A stretch of 63,535 nt of DNA, filler included, from Octopus bimaculoides (lineage: Eukaryota), in assembly GCF_001194135.2 (NCBI RefSeq). It is 5 parts of 5 records of this genome, joined end to end, with 100 filler letters (N's around TTAATTAATTAA, not from the genome) between each part and the next. Parts side by side here need not be neighbours in the genome. Positions count along the whole stretch, not along the records: positions 29,290 to 51,260 come from NC_068994.1; 4 more parts are not named here. One strand, written 5' to 3'. A program made the position numbers and the translations under genes. The notes beneath the pieces are model-generated. The model saw only the letters and a program-made list of their open reading frames with translations, made no database searches and had not been told where the DNA came from. This document shows, one piece after another, positions 36,131-48,294 of the stretch (position 1 is the stretch's first letter; every line of letters begins with the position of its first letter).

Positions 36131-37240
36131 TTAGGAAGAACTGTTTTGACTACTGGAGGAATCACCGTTGTTGGTAGACACAGCAGAGCTAAGTGGAGAA
36201 ATGTGGTTCTCAAAGCTGCTGCTGTTGCCGCCGTTGTTGCTGCTGCTGATGTTGTTGTTGCTGTTACTATTACCATTGCTAGAATTAATGTTGCTGCTAC
36301 TGCTGCTGCCGTTATTGCTACTGGCGCCGCCGCCACCACTTCCGTTCATTACATAATTATTCCCAAGTCCATAGAGATGGCCACAGTACTTAGCATCGTC
36401 AATATTGTCCTCGAAAAACATTTCCCGCATATTGAAAAAAGCCGCTCCGGTCAGCAAGCTGTCGCTGCCCGCTTGGTGCTGAGGCCCCACTCGAGGAATC
36501 TCTAGTTGTTGGGCCACTTCCTGTAGGCCACCTTTGAGGTTTTTGCAACTTTTCATCAGGTACTTCACGTCGTAAATGTTCGGGAAGTAGATTCGCAAAA
36601 GCTCAAAAAAGTCTGCTTCTTCGGCTGGTAAATTGGTGTTCGTTAATATTTTTAGCATGTAACCAAAGTCATAACCGCTATGGAAGGACAGCCACTTCAC
36701 TTGGTCGGTCAACACAACGCCAGAAGTCATTAGCAGTTCGGCAAAATCATCCGTATTGATACCTTCCTCTTCGTGTTTCTTGAATTGAATTCCTGAGTTG
36801 GTGAGCAGGTCAATAGATTCCTGGGCATACATGTCCACAGTAAGATTGAACTTAAAGTTGAACTGCCAAGTTGAAATTGGTGCAGGTGTCTGACCGTAAT
36901 CATTCAAGAATGTCATACCGACTTGAATTATTTTGAGCAAATCGACATTACATCGCAGCTGCTGGTAGTGGTAGTCGGCATTACTGCGAAATTCGCCGAT
37001 GGGACGCGCCACCACCCCGGGAAACTCGGTATCCATAGCAACATATTTATAGGATTGTACAACTTGGCGAATGGTGCGGAATTCCTGCTCCAAGTTAGAT
37101 TGCCAGACGTCGCGAATGCTGTAATCGGCTTGTGCAACGGAGGGCATTCTTATATCGTACTGGCCACCCGTGTCATTCACTTGTGGGTAGATAACCTCGT
37201 TGATATCCTTGGGAATTTGGTAAAAATCGGTCTCGCACAT
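36131..37240 (-). CDS. CNOT7: CCR4-NOT deadenylase subunit CAF1/POP2 (CNOT7/CNOT8 family), single coding exon
   Basis: 369-aa ORF with AMDTEFPGVVARP, LRCNVDLLKIIQ, WQFNFKFNL..DMYAQESIDLL..SGIQF, SFHSGYDFGY, YDVKYLMKSCKNLKGGLQEVA, GPQHQAGSDSLLTG; DEDDh residues intact. CNOT7 versus CNOT8 orthology is not resolvable by eye. Confidence 0.97.
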   Translation of the reverse strand: MCETDFYQIPKDINEVIYPQVNDTGGQYDIRMPSVAQADYSIRDVWQSNLEQEFRTIRQVVQSYKYVAMDTEFPGVVARPIGEFRSNADYHYQQLRCNVDLLKIIQVGMTFLNDYGQTPAPISTWQFNFKFNLTVDMYAQESIDLLTNSGIQFKKHEEEGINTDDFAELLMTSGVVLTDQVKWLSFHSGYDFGYMLKILTNTNLPAEEADFFELLRIYFPNIYDVKYLMKSCKNLKGGLQEVAQQLEIPRVGPQHQAGSDSLLTGAAFFNMREMFFEDNIDDAKYCGHLYGLGNNYVMNGSGGGGASSNNGSSSSSNINSSNGNSNSNNNISSSNNGGNSSSFENHISPLSSAVSTNNGDSSSSQNSSS

Positions 37241-37274
37241 CGGATCCCGAATCCGCCAATGTCTATGGGGTGGC

Positions 37275-38332
37275 CTATCGGAGTAAAGAACGGAGCAGGT
37301 GGAAGTGAAGCCGATACAAATTAGTGTGGTGTGGTAATTAAGACGGCAGGTTTAATATAAAACTGTTAACAGATAGAAAATTCTGGGAAGTTTGGTCGGG
37401 TCTATTATTGTTGGGATAAAGTAGGTTAGCTGCAGGTGTCAGCGATGATGGCGGATATTGGTTAGAAGATTCGTCCAAGTCGAAGAGGAAAGAGTTCTTT
37501 AAAAGAAGGGGAAAAAAAATGTTCCACTGTTAGTTACAAAATATTTCTTTATAAAAAATTTACCAGACTTACAGAAAAAAAAAGAAACGGTTCACTTATG
37601 GTAACACAACAGTTTATACCGAACTAACGCAACAAATTGGTTGATAAAGAAAATTATTAATAATACGCACAAAAAAAAAAAGGGGGAAGAAAGTAAATGC
37701 CACAAGAAATGTGGGTTGAGAGAATATTATCTGGTTGGTACCTTCAAAAACAATGTCATCAAGTTGATACTATTTGTTGTTGGTCGTTAGACAAAACAAA
37801 ATAAATTATTCCAGACGTTTGTTTGTGTGTGTGTGTGTGTGTATTGCGTACAAGTTTTAGAGTCAGTGGGACAAAACTAAGATTGGATTGAAAATAAAGC
37901 AGTAAAGCTTGAGTAGACAATGTCAGTTGTTTGTTTTTATGCTTAGATGGAATTTCTTTAATTCGGTGTCAAAATGCAATGTCTTTTCTGATATATACAC
38001 ATATATAAATACATATAATGGGAACTGGGTGGGGGCAGCCAAAGATTACTTGGGAAGAATATAAACAAAAGAAAGATTAGATAATTATATAAATATTTAT
38101 AGTTATATCACAAATTTAGTTGAGAGAAGCAACTTGGGAGTATAAATGGAATGACGATAGACGTAAATATTTCGAGACGAAAGTGGACGGCAAGGTTTCT
38201 ACTATATTTTTGACAAGAAGGGAAGGAGAAAAACTAAATGTTGTTGCTGTTGTTATTATTATTAACACTGTTCGTCTTGATATTGTTTTTAGTGATAATG
38301 TTGTAGGCTCGATATTCAGGTGTCGGACTTAC
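37275..38332 (-). other. Candidate 5'UTR intron of the CAF1 gene
   Basis: Minus-strand donor CTG|GTAAGT at 38332 and acceptor TTCTTTACTCCGATAG|G at 37275, 34 nt upstream of the first ATG. Other sites are possible. Confidence 0.45.
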
Positions 38333-40674
38333 CAGCAGAGTCCAGTAAATAATAGATGAGGGAGAAGCTGCTCGCAGAGAAAAGGTGACGATCACGACGT
38401 GAGCCGTCGCCAACTTCCAGGCAAATCTTTTTCTTTTTAGACGTAAATAGCAATGAATAATAATAATAGTCCGTGTAAGTACGATGTCTGTCCTCTGGCA
38501 ACACTTCAGATGGAATAATTAGAGACATGAAGAAAGGAACAGACACAATAAAAAAATTTTCAAGAAATGTGAACGAACGAACGTCCGGCTTGAAACTTAT
38601 CCAAAGGGAAAGACGTCGATTAAAAAAAAAAAAAAAGAAAAGGATTAAGATTTTAAAAATAACAGATAAAAATTATCAGTTGGAGAAGTTGTTTGGTCGA
38701 AGAGTTGCTCTGACGATCACTGAGTCTCGTTCCTCAACACGAAACCGTAAAAGATCGGAGTTTGAGTTCCAATTTTCTTGTCAACACCTAATTACGTCTA
38801 ACTGGAAGCGGTGTAATACTTAGCATCGTATCCAATAGTAAAAGATTCCGCTGCTCCGAACCGTTAACGCTAAGTTCAATACGGAAAACTTTCTTGAGTC
38901 TATAATAAATAGTTTTTTCACATATAATATAAACACTTTACTTCTTCTGGGAAAGAAGTGGATATAACATTATTGAAAGAAACTATTGGATTAATATTGG
39001 TTTCAAATGCTGGCAAAGGGCCGGCAATTTCAGGAGAGGTAGGTAAGTCGGTTACATCGATCCCAATGCACAACTGCTACGTTATTTTATCAACCCCGAA
39101 AGGATGAAAGGCAAAGTCAATCTCAGCAGAATTTGCACTCAAGACGTAAAAGACTGCTAAACATTTTGCCCGTCATACAAACAATTCTGTCAGCTTGCCG
39201 CCTGATATTAGAGTTAATATTGGTTTCAAAGGCCAACAATTTTGTTTAAGTCGATTACTGCGACCCCTGTGCTCTCAACTTGTACTTATTTTATTGATCC
39301 CCGACAAGGGAAAAGGCAAAGCTGACCTCACTGGAATTTCAACTCAAAACGTAAAGACAAACAAAATACCGCTAAGCATTTCCCCCGGCATGTTCTAACT
39401 ATCCTGTCAGCTTGTCGCCTTATTACTGAAGTTAGCATCGAAAACTCGAATAATTGATGTGAGTGCAGTTCAACCTAAATCATTAAATACATTCTATATT
39501 TTAAATGTATGGATGTATCGTCGTCGTCATTTAACGTCCGCCTTCCATACTGGCATGGTTGGAACGGTTTGACAGGAGCTGACCAGCCAGAAACCTGCAC
39601 TAGACTCCTGCAACTGTTTTGGCAGGATTTTTACAGCTGGATGCCCTTTCTAACACCAACCACTTAGCCAAGTGGACTTAGTGCTTTTTACGTGGCACAA
39701 GTATAGATGAGGTCAGCTTTGACAGGGTTTTTACAGCTGGATGCCCTTCCAAACGCCAACCATTTTACTGTGTGACTGGATGCTTTTTAAGTAACACATG
39801 TACTGACAAGGTCACCAAGTACTTTGCAAGACAAAAGTCTTTTGAGAGGGGAGGGGGACATTGGAGGAGGAGGTGATTTTGTGTCAGATGATGAAAGGTT
39901 ATAGTGAGACAGAGAGACAGAAACAGGTGTCTTGCTGTGGAGGAGGTACAAGGTTACCCCACTAGAGAGAGAGAGATCAGGAATGAGGACAGAAACAGGT
40001 GTGCTGCTGCAAAAAAGATATATGGTGACCCAACCTGAGGGAAGTTCAAGAGAAGGAGAGAGAGAGAGAGTGGGAGACAGCAGGATGGAGATGGTGGCAA
40101 AATGCCAGGCATACTCACAAGGAACAGGGATCAGAATATAAATGGGATGGTTGAGTAAAGAAAGAGAGAGATATATAGATGGTGGCAAATAGCAGGGCAT
40201 ATAATTGTGTAAGAAGCATGATTAGAGAGTGTGGAGGGGGGGGGGGGGCTACTGGATAACAATGAAACAGAAACAGGGCTGTGAGGACAGGATTGGGAAG
40301 TGAGAGGTAGGTATAGTGTATGAAGGAGGAAATGTGAAGTAGAGAAGAGATGTAGATTGGTTTGTTGGGGTAGGGGGTGTGGACGGTTTCCTTGTTACGT
40401 GTAGGTAGAACACACAGGTTAGGGGCTAGCAGATATCAATGATACAGTGAGACAGGGTGTGTGGGTGGGACACACAGGTCGGGGCCAGCAGAGAGCAATG
40501 ATACAGTGAAACAGAGTGAAGAGGACAGGATTGAGGAGAGAGGGGGGTTAGCATAGTGCATGAAGTGGAAATGTGAGGAAGAGAAGAGATGCAGTTTGGT
40601 TTGTTGTGGCAGGGTGTGTGAGAAGTTTTCTTGTTAAGTGGGACACACAGTGCTTCTAGAACTCAGTTTTGCTG

Positions 40675-41170
40675 ACATGGGTGGGTCTTCTCAAGAACTT
40701 CATATTGCCAAACATCTCGGTTCATTGTAATTTCCTCTGTGAGGTCCAACTTCCTGAGATCAGTCCTTACCATTTCATCTCATGTCTTCCTGGGCCTCCT
40801 TCTTCCACGGGTACCATCCACTTTCATTGATCAGCACTTCTTTATGCACCTGTCCTCATTCATACGCATCACATGTCCAAACCAATGTAGTCTTCTCTCT
40901 TGCTTGCTACATTTGATTCCTCTTTTGCCCAACTTTTCTCTCAATACATTTACACTTTGCTGTACATGTGCACATCAAATGGAGTATACGACCTTCGTTT
41001 CTCTCCAGTCTACACATGTCTTCTGCATTCAGAGCTCATGTCTCACTACCATGGAGTATAGCCATTTGTACACAAGCATCATATAATCTACCTTTCATTC
41101 TGAGAAAGAGTTCTTTTGTTGCCAACAGAGGTAATAGCTCTCTGAACTTCCTCCATCCTATTTAATGGTG
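40675..41170 (-). mobile_element. RTE-clade LINE 3' fragment
   Basis: RIGWRKFRELLPLLATKELFLRMKGRLYDACV..ILHGSET*AL..RLERNE / ERRLHWFGHVMRMNEDRCIKKC..KVDGTRGRRRPRKT*DEMVRTDLRKL. Confidence 0.92.
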
Positions 41171-41283
41171 GAGGATGCTCTGAAAGTATTGTTTCTATGT
41201 ATGTATGTATGTATGTATGTATGCATACATGTATGTATGTATGTTATTGTTCAGTTTTATTTCAAGATTTCTTGCCAATAGAG

Positions 41284-41690
41284 AAACCAAACAAGAGGAT
41301 ATCCTACATTAACACACCCTCCTGCCACCAGCCTATTGTGTTCAGGAACCTAGTGAAGGATGACAGCAAGAGAATCTCAAACCTGTCCTCAAGTCAAGAG
41401 ATTTTCAATGCTGTGGCCTCTTATTATAATGAGGCTCTGGCATCCAGTGGATTTAAGGACCACATCTCCTATATGCTGAGTCGTAGCACTTGCAAAAAGA
41501 AGCATCAGTGTAATGTTTGGTTTGTCCCACCCTTCTCTCTCAATGTTAAAAACTTGTGTAGGAAGAACATTCCTTGGATCAAGAAAGACACTTCGCACAG
41601 TCGTCACATAGATATGGACATTTGTTTAATAAGCTCAACTTAAGGGTATCCTTCTGTTGCATGCCAACATTAAGAAAATTTTAGGGAGTG
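41284..41690 (+). mobile_element. Penelope-like element RT C-terminal/linker remnant
   Basis: KPNKRISYINTPSCHQPIVFRNLVKDDSKRISNLSSSQEIFNAVASYYNEALASSGFKDHISY...VWFVPPFSLNVK / HRYGHLFNKLNLRVSFCCMP, matching the KPN..YI...S.HPP...LSS.EEIF...Y..AL..SGY / WFNPPFS.NV pattern of PLE ORFs. Confidence 0.85.
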
Positions 41691-42949
41691 CCTCTAAGCC
41701 ATGACCAAAGCAGGATGCTCATGTAGGGTATGCAGTGACCAGTGGTGGGAGCAGAGGGCTCAAAGTGAAGCCAAGGAAGTTGTGTATGAGGCAGAAGTGG
41801 TGGCCACCACTGGCAGCCAGAGTAACAGTCTCAGCAGTAATGATACATCCACCAACGATAACAATGGCAGCAACACCAACTTTGCGGCAGGAATTAGGTG
41901 CTATGCCAGCAGCAACAGAACCACCAGAATCATGTCCAGGAATATTAGCACCAGCAGTGATTCCAGTAACAACATCAGACTCAGATTTAATGAAAAAAAT
42001 CATCAGGGGTGGTAGCAGATCCAATACACAGACACAAAAATATCTCAGTTCAACCACACTCCCATTTAAGCAACATCTGAACTACCACAGATCTACTTTC
42101 AGGATACCGGAAAGTTGCAACATCACATCTCTAGCCAGTTATGTATGATGCTTAAAAGAGAAAGGAGCCCTAAGTATAATCAAATGAAAAATCCTTGAAC
42201 AACTGGGGACTTATATAAATGGTAGCAAATGACATAAGCTTTGTTTGGCAGCGAGGGCAAGAATCTTAAAAAAACTCACTTAACTTGGGGACCTTTTTAA
42301 ACTTCAGGAAAGAAGTATTCAGTCAATGCTCTCTTCTAAAATGTTTCCTACCACAAACTTGCAATTTCCCATTTGTTGAATAGGCCCACCACAGCTCCTT
42401 TGAATATCACCATAGCCAGAGCTGATGTAAGGAGGATAACCCCATCCTACCTGCATCATGGACATTTATATTTTGTTTACAAACCAACAGACCATTATGT
42501 ATTTTTTCCTCTACTTGTAGAGAAGTTATGCACCTTCAGCCATTTGAGTCTGAGGGGTTGCCTAAACTGCTAAGTGCTTTATAGTTGCGAATAGATGCAC
42601 AAAACCCTATTTGTCAATGGAAAAGGCAAAAAAACATGCTTTTTTGGAATAATTATTGGCACATTTTCCGTCAATAATGGCCTTTGTGCCACAACTAAAC
42701 TGCCAATGTGAATGTCTTCCATATTCCATGATGAAACAATATCTTTGAAGCATTGTATACCATCTCTTTGCACAAAGCCCTATTCTTCAAATGAAAATTG
42801 ACTAATGGACCTTATATCTGGCATAATTGTGATTGCTTCTGGCATTACTGCTGTAAACAATTTGTCCATGTAGATTTTCTTGGAAGCAAATGACTCAGGA
42901 ATACCAAATGAGTGTCTCAGGTTTAAATTCAATAAAATCGTAAAATACA

Positions 42950-43625
42950 GGATGAATTTAACGTACAAGCTGGCGTTCACCAGGGATCAGTTCTTAGTCC
43001 ACTCTTATTTATCATAGTTTTCCAGCCAATAACAGAGGAATTCAAAACTAGATGCTGACGGGAACTACTCTATGCTGATGATCTTGCTCTTATTGCAGAA
43101 TCTGAAGCAGAATTGGTGAAGAGGTTCCAGGTTTGGAAGCAAAACCTGAAATCAAAAGGTCTTAAAGTTAATTTAGCTAAGACTAAAGTTGTTGTTAGCA
43201 AGAAAGGAGATAAGATTCTCATTTTGGTTGGTAAATTGCCCTGTTCAATATGTAGGAAAGGAGTGTAACCTATGGGTGCATAAGAGACGCAGTAGAATCA
43301 TGGGAAAGTTATCAGATAAGGTCACTTTCGTGTGTGGCAGATACACAGGAACAGTAAGTACTAAGAGCATGAGGGACTTAAACTCTTTAAAATGTCCAAG
43401 AGGCTCTCTTGCAGTTGTAGATAGTTTCTGCTATTTAGGTGAACAAATTAGTAACAGTGGTGGATGCTCAGAGTGAAAGGTAGGTTGTATGATGCTTGTG
43501 TGAGACATGGCTATGTTACATGGTAGTGAGACATGGCCTCTGACTGTGAAGGACAGACATAGGCTGGAGAGGAATGAAGACGGTAGGCTCCATTCAATTT
43601 GCAACATCAGTATGCATGACTGACA
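42950..43625 (+). mobile_element. RTE-clade LINE reverse transcriptase fragment
   Basis: GVHQGSVLSPLLF..ITEEFKT..ELLYADDLALIAESEAELVKRFQVWKQNLKSKGLKVNLAKTKV..GKLPCSICRKGV / VVDSFCYLGEQISNSGGCSE; frameshifted. Confidence 0.92.
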
Positions 43626-44237
43626 AAGCATAACTGTGATGAAAGTGTAACTGATAGGATAAGATAAGGATTAGGTGATGGATGGCAATAGAAGTGACCC
43701 CTAAATGAGTGAGATAGTGTAACGACCTGGAGTAGAGGCGGGCAAAGAGGGTAAGAGAAATGCACTGGAAAGAAGGGAGGACAAAAGCATGAAGAGGGCT
43801 CAATCCTGCTTCTTACACACGGGCCAAGGGGATGAATGAAGGTGAACCGATGGTGGGGTGTGGGACGAAGTGAACAACATGGTGTGGTGGTGTTCAGAGG
43901 GTTGAACAGCTGTAAGGTGATGGGCAGCAAGAGACATGACGTATGCCAGGTAAAGTATATGGCATCTGAGCCTCTAAACACTATCCTCGAGTTAGGGTTC
44001 GTCTCGCCGTAAGAGGTCAGGTGTTCTGTAGCAACCACATTTCTACAGTTAGTGCGCTGATTTGGTCTACGTATATACACACAACAAAATTGCCATTAAT
44101 TTTATAATGGTACAGGGGAAATGGAAGTAAATAGAAAGTTCATGACAAGCAAATTTAATTTTAATCTACTCTGAAAATAGAGCACTACCGATAGCTTATT
44201 AAAAAGAGTATACACATGCTGTGAAAATATGGTGGAA

Positions 44238-44320
44238 GACGTCAAAAATATTTATTTTTGACGTCCGGTGGGAGGTGGCACCCACCGGCGACACCGTTTA
44301 TCCCTTACGTCATTAGAAAA
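44238..44320. promoter_or_regulatory. Two abutting hairpins with CRE/ATF-like motifs
   Basis: GACGTCAAAAAT-attt-ATTTTTGACGTC (44238-44265) overlaps by one base CCGGTGGG-aggtggca-CCCACCGG (44265-44288); TTACGTCA follows at about 44304. Regulatory role is inference only. Confidence 0.35.
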
Positions 44321-46001
44321 AAGAAAATCTCGTAATGTTTACTTCAAAATATTTTCATTCATTCATTCATTCATATAAATTTATACATTTATTTATTGGT
44401 ATCTAAACAAGAATAAAAGTGTGTATTCGAAATTGTAAACTTATATTCTTTTATCTGAAAAAAACAAAGGCAAAATAATAACATTCATAAAACAAAATTC
44501 CTAAAGAAAATTATATATATAAATATATAAATATANNNNNNNNNNNNNNNNNNNNNNNNNNNNNNNNNNATATATATATATATATGAATGTATGTATGTG
44601 TGTGTGTGTGTGTGTGCATGCTAGTTTTTTTTATGTATGTGTGATAGCTTTTATGAAGTTAATAGTAACAAGGTGAGGAGCGACCTTCAGCTGGCCGAGC
44701 CTGGAACTCTTCATGTCTTCCTTTCGTTACAAACCATCGTATGTAACACACATATTTATGTATAAAGATATCTATATATTTAAATATATATAATTGGTAT
44801 AGTAATGAACTTCTATAGAAAGAGGAAGTATTTAAAATGAAGTAAAGACATAAATCCACTCAAAGGAATACAATAAATAGACACATGTTTACTGTCAAAA
44901 TATGTTCGTTGGAGACAGAAGCAGAGCAAAAAATCGAAAAGAGATATAAAACTGACAATGTTAAATTATTCATCGACGTTTCAATGATAAAACAAACTGG
45001 TGTAGAAACATGAAAAGGATCATCATATTTCTGAATGGATCAAGTACGGACGGAAAGGTAAATAATATTATGACCTCACTTATTAGACTATTGACATATT
45101 TATATGTCTACACATCAATCCATGTGCGCCTGTTGGAAGGATGTCAAGAATCAGGTGTCTTGTTTTAAAGTTAATTTTGCTTCATCTATTTTGCAAGTCG
45201 ATCGCCACTCAGTTTCCTTGATATAGGTTTCTGTTACTCGATTTTTCCCCATTTAGCTGCTATTTTTCTTCTCTGATCTTCCGAGCTCATAGAGATTGTC
45301 CAATTCAACTGAAGGTGTTTTTTTTTTCTCATTTCGGGGATCCCCCTGAAAGTGAAACACCATTCCGATATCAATAATATCTCCTTCATTTGTTGTTATC
45401 GCTGTCTCTCTTATTAACAATGGATACACTTGCTTAGTTGCAACAAATTTTCTCCTCCGTTCCCTGCTCTTTTTATTCACATTAACATTTTTTGACATTA
45501 GAAATATGGGTAAATTGTTACTCTTCCACCCGTTTCATGAGACGGGTGTCTTCTCTGATCGACAGACTTTCGGAATAGCTACCACTTACCTCAAGGAATT
45601 GGGTGGTTGTTTTTTTCGGTGAAAGAATTTTTTGCCCCCCCCCCCCCAAATTCAATTACTTACATTGTTGCTTCCCTATTCTGTGCCCTTTGCCGGTAAA
45701 TTTTTACTGTTATTCTTATCTCAAGACGAGTGTAATAGTAAAATTATACTCGATGTGTTAGTACTGAATAAGTATTTAAGGTAAAAGATCTTAGAAAATA
45801 AATGCAAGAATAAGTATTTCGAAGAACGACCCACTTCAAGAATATCTCTTGTGGGACGAAACAACTGATTGAGTAACGAAAACAGGCCGAGGATAGAATT
45901 TGCAGGAAATAGAAAGGTGAATGCGTTCGAAATGAAAATTTCATACAAGATCATAAATTTGATGCAAGAGTAAATGAATTCCTCAAGGATATCAAAAGTT
46001 A

Positions 46002-46034
<33 letters not shown>

Positions 46035-46809
46035 AGCCAATAAATGGAGATTGGGATGGTGGATATAAGCATTGATGAAGTGTTTAGCGTAGTTGTTTTG
46101 GTAGTCGTCTGGAGTTTAATTCTTGGGTGAATCAGTATATATATTTAGGTAAAAACAGAACGAGCAAGCAACACCTTAATTAGAAGAGTAACTAATAGGA
46201 GTTATATTCTTGTTATGGACAACAAAATGGCAATAGTCTGCCTCCGTGGATTAAAGTTTTGGGAACGTTACTGAACACGTAAGAGGAACAACCAAAGACA
46301 TCGTGTCGGTAACAACTAAGGACATTCGTTCAGTGTTATTATTATACAAGATCATTTTCTTGATAATTGTTTTACTTTTAAAGATCCTATAAAGTTAAAA
46401 GGCACCCAACTTTTTAAATAATATCTTGTTTTATATTTTGGTCAGTGTTCCCTTAAACGCTCACATATCATCAACGTTTTAATAGCCATTTTCCATGCAT
46501 GCATGGGTCTGACACTTCGCTGTGGTACATTTTCTACGGCCTGACGCCTTCCTGTTGTCAACCCTTACCTGTTTCCTAGCAAAGTAATACTTTTCCCATG
46601 GTGAGACATATTTTCATGGAAGTTGGGAAACCGATGACACCGTTTGTATGAGAGAAAGGCTTGCTTATATGCATCAAGGTACACGCACGCACGCATACAT
46701 ATCGTCATCATAATTTAGCTTCCATGCTTGCAGAGGTCAGGCAAAATTTATTGATGCAGATTTTCTATGGTCAGTTGCCCTTCCAGTTACCAACCCACAT
46801 GTTTCCAAG

Positions 46810-47250
46810 TAAGGAGAAGTATTTAACCAAAAATAAACCTTTGTACTTGGCTTTTGTCTGTATGGAGAAAGCTTCTGACAGGGTCCCTTGTTCCCGTTTC
46901 TGGTGGTCAATGTGTAAGCAAGGGATAGATGAGTGGTTGGTGAGAGATGTACAGGGATGCTGCCAATAAGGTGAAGGTGGGTAATGAATAGAGTGTGGAA
47001 TTCAGTGTACAAGTAGGAGTTCACCAAGGATTGCTTCTCAACCCCCTTTTGTTTATTATAACAGAGGAATTTAAGACTGGCTGGTCTTGCGAGCTCCTCT
47101 ATGCTGATTACCTTGATCTTATAGCTGAATCACTTCCAGAACTAGAGAAGAGATTTCAGGTGTGGATGCAAGGTCTGGAATTAAAGGGCGTTAGAGTTAA
47201 TTTAGCAAAGACCAAAGTCCTTGTAAATAGGAAAACAGACAAAATTTAGA
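46810..47250 (+). mobile_element. RTE-clade LINE reverse transcriptase fragment
   Basis: EKYLTKNKPLYLAFVCMEKASDRVP..WWSMCKQGIDEWLVR / VQVGVHQGLLLNPLLFIITEEFKTG..ELLYADYLDLIAESLPELEKRFQVW..KGVRVNLAKTKVLV. Confidence 0.92.
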
Positions 47251-48294
47251 ATGTGGCTGGGTTGGGGTTTACAAGAGGAGATGGGGGAGCATAAGAGGTG
47301 AGATGGGAGATCAATATTGACCACTTTGCCGACCCCTACTCTAGAACAGCAACCCCTATTTCAGCCTAGGGGTTCTTTTGTGCAGACGTCAGGCCACGGA
47401 TGTTGACACGAAACCTCAATCGTATTGATCTCACTTGTCTCGCTCTGCATGGGAACGTCATAGTTCACAGATGTTATTGTTTGGAATAATAACTTTCCAA
47501 AATACACCAACATTTCTTGGTTATCTCATACTCGTCTTCATGATATTCAGTGCTGCTGGCTTTCTACTGCATACCCTCGCCTTTTTTTTAACGGCCATAA
47601 CACGCATTTAATGATGTGGAACTCTAATAACGGTCTTGCAGTCAGACCCTGATTGTGGAGTCTGCAGAAACCAAAGCCGGCCATTATATAAAAAGAACGA
47701 GCAGCATCATTGTTTATCCTTGAGATGAGGCTGAGAGAGCTTGGATATGTTCCTGAACATGAATTTGTGTAGTTTATTGTTACAAATCACGCAAATACGA
47801 AAAAAAAAATGATAATAAACAAAAGGTTAAAATTGGAACGTAGTCGTGTTTTTAATAAACATTTGTTTAATTGTCCTAAAATGAGTTAACAACAACTTTG
47901 ACTTCAGGATAGATTTGAACTCTGCACTATACAAATACTCAAAGAATAAACTGTTTATTGTTTAAGCAGATGGCTCCCACCCCCGAACCAGTGAAATGTG
48001 TTGCCCTTTTGACCTGTTACCACCTTCACTAGCAAATCTCCGACTCAACCTTGCTGTGTGCAAGTTAAAAACTAGTACTTTACCAACACATTTCATCTAA
48101 TTGACTACGATCCTGGTTGTAACTGATGCCTGTTGTCGCCTGGCCCCCTCCCGCTCTTTCCTTCAATAAACCGACGCAACGGAATGATATATCCAACAGT
48201 TATTTAGCTTGGTTTCTTTAGTCAAACTAGTTCCTTTATATGGTACTCCCTGGCAAACGCGAAGACAAAAGAAAACGTCCTTTAATCTTTGAAA

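Noticed and set aside
36050-36505. 151-aa plus-strand ORF and other ORFs antisense to CAF1
   Set aside because: Shadow frames of the CAF1 CDS and its triplet-repeat tail; no family motif.
38705-38760. CTGACGA...CGAAACCGTA upstream of CAF1
   Set aside because: Core words are present but helix I and the base of helix II do not pair.
43950-43975. Minus-strand ATACTTTACCTGGCA resembling the U1 snRNA 5' end
   Set aside because: Similarity stops after about 14 nt; no U1 stem-loops or Sm site.
45150-45960. Protein-like short ORFs and splice-like sites in CpG-rich sequence
   Set aside because: No recognisable domain and no consistent exon chain; could be UTR or promoter of an unseen gene.
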